Below, one piece after another: positions 52,703-64,000 of a DNA stretch of 64,000 nucleotides. The stretch is from the NCBI GenBank assembly GCA_904063045.1, contig CAJFCJ010000006.1:620001-684000 (forward strand). Direction: 5' to 3'. Within the stretch, counting starts at the first letter, position 1. Each line of letters begins with the position of its first letter. Source of the DNA: Dimorphilus gyrociliatus. Taxonomy: Eukaryota > Animalia > Annelida. The translations under genes and the position numbers were made by a program. Under the pieces are notes generated by a model. It was given only the letters and a program-made list of their open reading frames with translations. It searched no databases and was not told where the DNA came from.

Positions 52703-54952
52703 ATGTCCGTCTCGTCTTCCTCAAGCATGGCCTCTACCCTAGTCGAAACTGTGTCTTTGGATTATGCAGACTTTCAAGAGAATTTCCTTATATGTCCTAC
52801 ATGCGTTTTTGATTATGATGGAGATGTTAGGGCCCCAAAATTACTTAGGTGCTCGCACACAGTATGTAAGGAATGCTTACAAAGAATAGCGGATGATGCC
52901 AGATCATCTGGTCTTGATTCCTTCAGGTATCTTTCGTTTACTATGTATACACTAAACTGACAGTTCTTGAAATTTAGGTGCCCGATTTGTCGTCAAAATA
53001 TTCAGATTCCTGCTGATGGAATTTCCAGCTTACAGCCTAGTTTCGTTATCAACCAGTTGGTAGACTTAATGTCCAGGCAACGAAGAGAAGTTGTTCCAAA
53101 ATGCTGCAAACATCCAAGAATCGTAAGAACAGAAATCCTAATAGTAAAAATGTATTAAATATGATTTAAACTATTAAGGAGCTACTTTTCTGTGAAACTT
53201 GTGACACAGTGTTTTGCTCGGATTGCGAAGTTTATTCAACACATAGTGGTCCCCACACTGTTATTCCTTTTAGGTTAGTGAACATATTTAAAATACATTT
53301 TTCTTAATAATTAGTTATTTCAGTACGGCAATCAAAAGAATGAGCGATATATTACTTTTCAAGGCAAATCAGTGCACACAGGTTTTAGATTATGCGAAAA
53401 GAACTGTGCAGAATGAAATAGACGCAATAAATTCTAATCAAGAAATTTGCGAGAATAAAGTTTGTATTTTTTCAGTTTAGCTTGTGGGTTTAGACAAAAG
53501 ATTTTTCCATAGATTGAGGAGTTACGAACTAACCTTGTAGAATATGTAGATGGAAGGATTCATGAAATGCTTAAGCTATTGACTAAAACAGCAAATGAAA
53601 AGAAAAACTCTTTGAATGAGCAAATGAATATTGTAGAAAAAGAAAGATCTAAAATAGAACGTGAATGTAGTGATGCTGTTAGTAGGCAACTTGATGTACG
53701 GAACATAACCCAAAAAATTAGTGATATTACTCAGAGATTGGAAGTAGCAAATAATATTGCCGAGCCGAGGGAAAACTCTTTCATGCAATTTTTATGGAGC
53801 AATAATGAACTTGGAAATGTAAAAAAATTATTAAACAATATTGGAAAATTACGCTTAAGTTCAACTTTACCGGCGTTAAGCCGTGTATCAGTTCAGCGTG
53901 AAGTGACAGTGCATCTTTCATATATTGCTAAATTAACTACCATAGATAAACAAGGTATAATTTGTAGCTGCGGAGGGGATCCAGTACAGACAACATTGAC
54001 TACTCCTAACGGTATCGTAGAGGAATTAGACGTAGTTGACAATAATGATGGCACATATGATATAAGATTTAGTGCTAGTCAAATAGGCAAGCACGTTTTT
54101 AGTGTAACAATATTTGGTAGACGCGTGAAAAATTCTCCGTTTGATATTTACGTTACAGAACACCAATCTGCTTCTAAAAGATTATCTTATATTGGAACTG
54201 ATGTTCAACTAAAACGACCTTTGGCTGCTATTATCGATAATAATAGCAATAAAATATACATCTCTGATACAGGAAATGGTCGAATAGTTATATTAGAAGC
54301 TGATCATCTCACCTTAAAATCCGTAATTCATTGTTCTGCTACCTCAGACCACTCAGCAACTGGTTTAAGTTTGACTGATCGCAATAGCATATTGGTAGCC
54401 AATTGGAGACAAGGAGCTATTTTTGAACTGGATGAAACAGGACAAGCTTTAAACACTATTCGACACAAGGAAATTAAGGAACCAACTTGTGTGGCTTTTG
54501 CTTCAAACGAATGCATTGCGGTTTTGGATAGCCTTCAAAAGAAAATTTTAATACTGAATATCAATGGAGACTTTGTCTGTTTTTTTTCTGGTTCTTATCC
54601 CAATGTCAAAGCACTATATGGCCATAACGGAAATATTATTGTAGCGGGTTCAGATTTACGGACTTATTCACCCTCTGGTGAATGTATACGAAACACTGCG
54701 TGTCAGAAAGATGCTAGAGGTTTGTTTAGTGGAGTATGTGTTGATAAGGACGGTTACATTTTAGCAACTCATTCACATAAGCAAAAGAGTGTTGTCAAAG
54801 TTTTTGAGCCTGAATCCTCATCACCCAAATTTGATATTGATTCATTTGATGATAAACTGTACAGGCCGTCGGGCGTTGTTGCACTTCCTGGCGCCAGGCT
54901 ACTCGTTGTAGATTTGGGCAATGATTGTCTTAAAGTATTCCGCTATAAGTGA
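52703..54952 (+). CDS. TRIM-NHL E3 ligase (RING, B-box, coiled coil, filamin, NHL), TRIM2/3-like
   Basis: RING CPTC...CSHTVCKEC...CPIC; B-box CCKH...LLFCETCDTVFCSDC; filamin GGDPV...DNNDGTY; NHL repeats RPLAA, RPSGV. Probable 5' UTR exon at 52327-52414. Confidence 0.88.
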
Positions 54953-56260
54953 AGAACGTAAGAATACTTTCAATATTTTTCAATCTGCACTGGAAAAAAT
55001 TTCATTCCGTTTATGAATGCTTCATTTTCAATCGTCATTTTTGGCGCTAATAAACATAAGCAGAAATTAAATCAAATTTGTGTTACTATTTGCCTTATGA
55101 TTATTCAGAATTTTAACAAATTTTTCCGACAAAAATATCGATTTTGTTAATACCTTTAAACGGGCATTAAGAGATCATTCACAAAATCTAATAATATCCT
55201 AAACTGCTTAGTGCATTTCCTGGTAATGGAATATCACTGTCAATTTATCAGACTTTGTACAAAGTATATTTTTACAACTACATAAAGGAAAGAGAGCATA
55301 AAGAGTTAAGAATAATTTTAGATTTAAAAAGTGGCTTTTACAATATTAAAAACCTGCGCAAAAGTGTCACTTTTAATTCAGATCAACACAAAAGCAAGAT
55401 TCTAAGATCTTTTCAAACATGTTTGCTATTTTCTTAATTTTATAAATTTACATATTGAATGATTGTGGATCTAAAAATTCCACTTCATATTTTTAAAGAT
55501 ACTTCTTCCTAATTATCCTTTATAGGTTAAATATAGACTTGTCTGTGCGTAAAAAGTTTCCAATATGTCTTGTCTTGGAGTATAACTTTGGATTTTATTT
55601 TCTTAAAATATTACCATTGAAAGTGATAGATTTCGGTTATTTTCTCTATTCGAAAGATTATGTTACTTGAATGTTCTGTTTCATTGACCCTCCTGTCATT
55701 TAAATTATAGCTTTTATTTTTCACTTTCATCAATTGAGGAAACCTTTGCATATCTTTAAATAGCATTTTTAAGTATTAAACTTGAAATATAATCTGCAAG
55801 ATTAAATTAATTAATGTAAATACCTTATTCGAATTCTGTAATTATCATATTACTTTTACTTAAACCATAACGATTTTTTTTATTTAAATAGCAAAGAGTC
55901 ATTTTAGTGTTATTTTAAAAACTCTTGTTTCTAAATTTGTCACACTATATTACATCTCTTCAAATTTGTTTTCCCCTAATCTACTATATTTAAATTTTTG
56001 TTTTAAGTTTATATAAATTCATTTCAGCTGAAGACTTGTCCACCTTTTACTAGCTGCTGTTTGGTTGACAGTTCTTTATTTAAAACATAAAAGTTTTTGT
56101 GTTGCCTCATTGTTAGATATATTTAACTTTTAAAGTGAACTTTCTTTCTGAAAAAAATACCTAACTATACCAGTATCATACATTAATTCTCCCGCCGCAA
56201 GGTGTCCTTGACATTCAACTAGCCACGCAGTCCGTGAAAGAATTATAAACGAGCGAGATA

Positions 56261-59332
<3,072 letters not shown>

Positions 59333-59590
59333 TAGACTAACAAGTGTATTTCCTTATATATAATTGTTAACGATCTGCATAGTAATAACTTATTAATATA
59401 TTGTTCAAAGTAGTATGCGTAATTTACGTTAAAATTTATTGTAAGCGCGTTGTTTTTAGCTAGTCTTTTACCTTCTTGTTCAACTAGTAACAGATTTTAA
59501 CGCAGTTGTTTCCGGGGTGTAATCATCAATAAATATACAATATAAATACAAAATATGTACAAGAGATCTTTGTCTTCACACTACTCGCTA

Positions 59591-60895
59591 TTACGTTGTA
59601 ACGGTCATTACTTCTACAGCTTGCGTTGCATCGGGAACCTTTTTCTCATTTTCTATTACAGGTTTTACGTCTTCAGACATTTGCAAAGCAGATATAGCTG
59701 ATCCATTAACCATTGTTCCATACATTGAAACAGGTATTGTTATCATGCTGACCTGACCAGAATTTATAGAGGACTCTACCATATCTGAGTCACTACCAAA
59801 TACTATTTGACCGTCCTGTAGGTGAGATAGGTGTTCTCCATTATCAACTGAACTGTCTGAAGCAGTCAATGTCTGAGCTGCTTGTGTTGCTTCGCCCAAG
59901 GCTGCTACGGCTGGGACTAATTGAGCTGTTGTGCCATCTGATAATTGAACAACATGGAGAATTCGCACACTGCCATCAGATCCTGTTATCGTCTGAACTA
60001 CAGGTGCATGGGTAATGGTTTCGGTTGTTTGACCAACCAATGTTGAAGTATGATGATCATCGAATTGTGGTAACAAATCGTCTCTCCCATGATGTTTATA
60101 GCAATTCTTAACAATTGTTCTAAGAGCTTGCGTCCAAGATATTTTTTTCTTCATTTCATCAGTACGCACATCGCTTCGAACATTTGCCCAAGGAACATCA
60201 TCTGGCCACCAAACAGGAATACACTCCTTCTTACCCCATCCAGGTTTACTCCTTCCTGTGCTATATTTGAGCATTTCGGGAATGAAGGCGCGTAGTTGAG
60301 CCTGGGTCATCTTGTCAACAGGAGTTGGTATGCCATCAATGACAAGAGGTGGTAGTTCATGCAATTGATGCGTGTCTTGAGCATGTGCTGGCATAGTCTG
60401 ATTTAAACTTTGTTCTAAATCGCTCATAATTTGCTGTCTATTCTGCTTTACTACTTGTTCTAAAGGTTGGGAACCAAAAACTTTGAAAGTAGACTGAGAG
60501 CCGTTTGATTTTCCAGGAGTGCAGCATAGGACGACAGCTTGTTGCCCAACACGAGTTGTATACTCTTCTATAGTTGCTTTAAGTTTCCGTAACAAGCGCG
60601 TTTGCTGTCTTTTGCGTATCGAAGGGTTAGTTTCAAAAAGATGGGCTCTTTTCCTCTTTTTTCCTGTGGCTATGGCTGCTGCTGCTGCAATTCCAACCGG
60701 TCCGGCAGCTGCCAGTTGTTGGGTAACATCATCAGTTACAGCAGAACTTAGAAGATCAGTTGGATCGTCGAATGACGTACTGTCAGGTGAACTTGGATCA
60801 GTCAGCTCGTCACTACCTATGACCATATTTGATCCATCGATATGGCAGCTCGTGTTCTTCGTCATAACGATTAATTTTTGGGTCTGGGAATTCAT
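59591..60895 (-). CDS. NRF1: Nuclear respiratory factor 1 / erect wing / P3A2 transcription factor (coding region uninterrupted; 5' UTR intron acceptor at 60898)
   Basis: KKRKRAHLFETNPSIRKRQQTRLLRKL, LPPLVIDGIPTPVDKMTQAQLRAFIPEMLKYSTGRSKPGWG. Confidence 0.96.
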   Translation of the reverse strand: MNSQTQKLIVMTKNTSCHIDGSNMVIGSDELTDPSSPDSTSFDDPTDLLSSAVTDDVTQQLAAAGPVGIAAAAAIATGKKRKRAHLFETNPSIRKRQQTRLLRKLKATIEEYTTRVGQQAVVLCCTPGKSNGSQSTFKVFGSQPLEQVVKQNRQQIMSDLEQSLNQTMPAHAQDTHQLHELPPLVIDGIPTPVDKMTQAQLRAFIPEMLKYSTGRSKPGWGKKECIPVWWPDDVPWANVRSDVRTDEMKKKISWTQALRTIVKNCYKHHGRDDLLPQFDDHHTSTLVGQTTETITHAPVVQTITGSDGSVRILHVVQLSDGTTAQLVPAVAALGEATQAAQTLTASDSSVDNGEHLSHLQDGQIVFGSDSDMVESSINSGQVSMITIPVSMYGTMVNGSAISALQMSEDVKPVIENEKKVPDATQAVEVMTVTT

Positions 60896-60970
60896 ATCTG
60901 TAAGGACACATTGTGTTTACATCGGAAATTGCGCGAAACTTTCAAAAGGGCAAAATGCGCAGATTTTGTG

Positions 60971-61388
60971 TGCGACTGCGCCAGACGCCTGCGCAATCCT
61001 CTTTGTTAACTAAACGACAGCCTTAAAACTCATGGAAAAAGGGGTTATTCAGCTCTTAAATTTACCACACGAAATACTTCCTTACATACTTTAAATTACT
61101 TTAATTATCAAATGACTTAGATAACTCTGATAGGAAAAACGAACCTTTTATTCTTATACACTAAGTCGCCATTTTGGCGGCCATTGCGACTGCGCAGAAC
61201 ACTGGACTGACCCGAATTACGCCGGGCTTGTTTCAATCATTTTCACTCATATTTTCTGCGATTGCGCGACTGTATTATTGTTTGAAAAATGATTATGTCT
61301 TATAAAACTTACTTGATAATATTTTCCGTTTAAAATCTATCTCTAAAGCTGTTGTTTCTGAGATGCGCGAAAAGTTAAAAAAATGGCG
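60971..61388. promoter_or_regulatory. CpG-rich divergent promoter with three TGCGAYTGCGC copies and YY1-like motifs
   Basis: Repeats at 60971-60981, 61185-61196 and 61257-61268; CGCCATTTT at 61167; AAAATGGCG at 61380. Confidence 0.55.
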
Positions 61389-62925
61389 TCTTTCGGAGCA
61401 TGTTGGTTAAACCGCCATCTGTCGAGCAGTTTAACATTCTCCGTTGACGGCGCGCGAAAATCACAAGGTTTAAACAACCTTTTCACTTCTTGAAATGTGG
61501 AATTTCTTCACGTTCCATGTCATTCTAGGTTAGTTAATATAGGTGATTTGCTACAAATGTTAAACTTTTTATTCGATATTTATGTCTTAAATAAAAATGA
61601 TCAACAATCTATTGATTTCATTGATCAATTTATTCTAAAGAAACTGTTAAACACCACCTATTAGCATGCCTTGAATTGATTACGCATTCTGATTAATCAG
61701 AAAAAAATACTGAGTAAAAAAACTTCATAAAACCTCTTAATAAAATTTAGCAAGTGAATTACAAGTATTGTTTTATTATGAAGTACTTCAATATACTAAT
61801 ATATTTCTATATTTTGAACTACCTGCAGGCATAAAAACAAATTTCTTCAGAGTGTAATAACAAAATGGTTTTTGTCTATCTTGAATCTTTAAGTGAAAAA
61901 ATCCCACTCACATGTTAATTTAATAAATCCCAGGCATTTAAGCACCTTTTAGGAATCTACTTTCTTAGACTAAGAATATCTTTCACTAAATCAGTAAACC
62001 ATTTCTTTACAGTTTATATATTAGGCTCGATTTCGGGATCGCCTCTCTCTTGCAAGAAAGTAAATAATTGCTTCCTAGCCAGAAACACTCACAATTGGTG
62101 TAAAAATTGGCTTCACTGCAATCAAGTTTTTATATTCAAGACATGCATAAATTTTAAAGACGGTTTAAAATGCTTAAAGAAAATGAAGTGCCACTTGAAA
62201 CAAGTGGATAGTAATACTTTTCTACCAGGCTATCCTCAGGGAATTAATATCTATTGCACATTCTTATTAAAAAACCCTTTTAAAGAGACCATTTATACAA
62301 CAGCGTTCAAAAACTCTATTAGCGAAATTAACAGATGTTTAAGTATTTTTAACCAATCAGTCGAATTTGTTGAACTAACTGATCAATATTGCAGGTTGGT
62401 AACTAAAGAACTAACAAAACATAGACTTATAGCTGTTTTTCAGAGAAGTTAAGATCCTGGAAACTTGTATTGAAAACAACGTCAATTATGAGATTAAGGA
62501 TCACAAATATGATTTCATTCGTTTTGTCCATCATAAAATTTATCCATACCTACCATTTGGGCCAGCCACCGAAATTTGTGTAGGTATCTTCATAATTATT
62601 GTTATTTTTTTCTACTGTGGTTCTATAACGTAGAAAAGTCTTGCAAGATATGGCCAGACTTACTCTTCAACATCTGAATTACAAGATATAAGTAACTCTT
62701 CTGGAAGATTAACATCAGGATTTCTTGCTACTATGAGTCCAACTTTCTATTTTCTTGTATTAAGAATTTGTTGGAAACTCATTTGAAACTTTCCTAAAAT
62801 CCTTTCCTGATTAGCTTACTGTACAAAAGTATTATACATATTCATTACCAGCTTTGAGGTCACGGAAAAGCTTTGAAAAGCTTTACCTGCCAGTGTCAAA
62901 ATTATTTACTTTTGGCGACTTATAA
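61383..62925 (+). CDS. Unidentified multi-exon protein (5' exon structure uncertain)
   Basis: ATG in an AAAATGGCG context. Open, splice-bounded exons EVKILETCIENNVNYEIKDHKYDFIRFVHHKIYPYLPFGPATEIC, KSLARYGQTYSS...SPTFYFL and LTVQKYYTYSLPAL...FGDL-TAA (62923-62925). Confidence 0.55.
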
Positions 62926-62971
62926 GCTCACTCAACTAGATAGTTACATTATAGTTACATTAACTGTATCT

Positions 62972-63345
62972 TCAGATGAAGAATGTTTCATTTAAAGCTG
63001 TATCAACTGCTTTTTGTTGGGTCAAAAAATGCTCTTGTTTATTAGTCAAAATTATTTTTCTATTTATTCTAGAACGAATTCTATGGGCGTTCAATGTTCC
63101 GAAAGCCGACGCGATTAATGTCTCATGATCGCATTTTCTACTAATAGTGTAAGAACTAGAATTTTAAGCTGAATGGGTGTTTGATTGACCTTATCAACAA
63201 CAGCTGAGCTCTCTTTCCACAGGCAATCAGTCTCTTCGCATGCGTCTCTGAAGCCTTTTCTATTTCGAAAATAAAAGTAAATGGATAGATAAAAGACGAA
63301 TGCTTACCGAATTCTTTTCAAGTTAAATTTAAAGCAGTGCAATAT
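62972..63345 (-). CDS. Possible 3' exons of a minus-strand gene (unidentified)
   Basis: Splice-bounded open frames, e.g. KASETHAKRLIACGKRAQLLLIR and SRKCDHETLIAS...NETFFI-TGA; phases not fully reconciled. Confidence 0.25.
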
Positions 63346-64000
63346 TCTAAATCAGCAAAATAAGTTGAGCTGAGTCCTGATTCGCATAAAGAGTGCTTTG
63401 AAGAAAAAAATTTTATTTCAATTTTTCAAAGTCATAATTAAACGTTGAAAGAAATTAGTTTGCATAATAGTGTTTTTTTTTAAGTTTTAATATACTATTA
63501 TTTGTGTCATGCGCGTAAATAATGTGGCGTAATTATTGCTTAAACAGATCTCAAAGTGAATTGCTATAGATGTACAGATGCAGAGTTACAAAATTATATC
63601 TTTTTAAGTGGACAAGTTTTATTTGAAAAGAGCATTCTGCAATATTACTAGATGCTATAAGCGTTTACAAGCATTCAAGAATGAAACACCAGTTTATAAT
63701 GAGGGAACGGTGTTCAATTCAATTCCGAAAACCATACTTTAATCTTGTGAAGTCTATACCAGACTAATTGTCGTTTATACATTTGTTTGAAGACGCCTCT
63801 TAGTTTTTTATGCAAACATTTAAGATAGCTTGCAGAAAATAACAGAAATTAAATCTCTTTTACTTTCCAAACCACAAAAGTTATGTAAGTAGACATTTCA
63901 TAATTTAAAATAATTTAAAAACTATTTTCCCAAAAAAATGAGAATATTATATATATTATTATTGACATTGTATATATTTAATCGAATTCCTGTTATACGT

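Noticed and set aside
60519-61013. 164-aa plus-strand ORF with poly-Ala
   Set aside because: Antisense to the conserved NRF1 CDS.

Overview
AT-rich, extremely gene-dense eukaryotic (animal, probably spiralian) DNA with about 22 protein-coding genes in 64 kb and mostly ~45-60 nt GT-AG introns. The pattern fits a miniaturised genome such as the annelid Dimorphilus; this is an inference. Gene order: ANKRD26-like(-), G-protein beta(-), orphan AT-hook protein(+), PUSL1(+), perlecan(+, ~15 kb), EGF/ZP-N protein(-), degenerate beta-1,4-galactosyltransferase-PAN fusion(-), STKLD1-like kinase(-), membrane JmjC protein(+), Cdc42(-), dead NAALADase/TfR-like(+), TPMT(+), GH35 beta-galactosidase(-), EMRE(-), Kelch-cytochrome b561(-), GRDP/DUF1399(+), caveolin(+), GABARAP(-), TRIM-NHL(+), IRBIT/AHCYL(+), NRF1(-), and one or two unidentified genes at the right end. 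I recognised no RNA genes, CRISPR arrays or mobile elements. The most unusual signals are: two copies of an unnamed domain shuffled into perlecan, a 6-nt LamG microexon, a doubly anchored pseudo-galactosyltransferase, a transferrin-receptor-like dead peptidase with a YKRF motif, a Kelch-b561 fusion, and a (CGG)10 peptide tail. All family calls come from motif recognition by eye; no searches were run.
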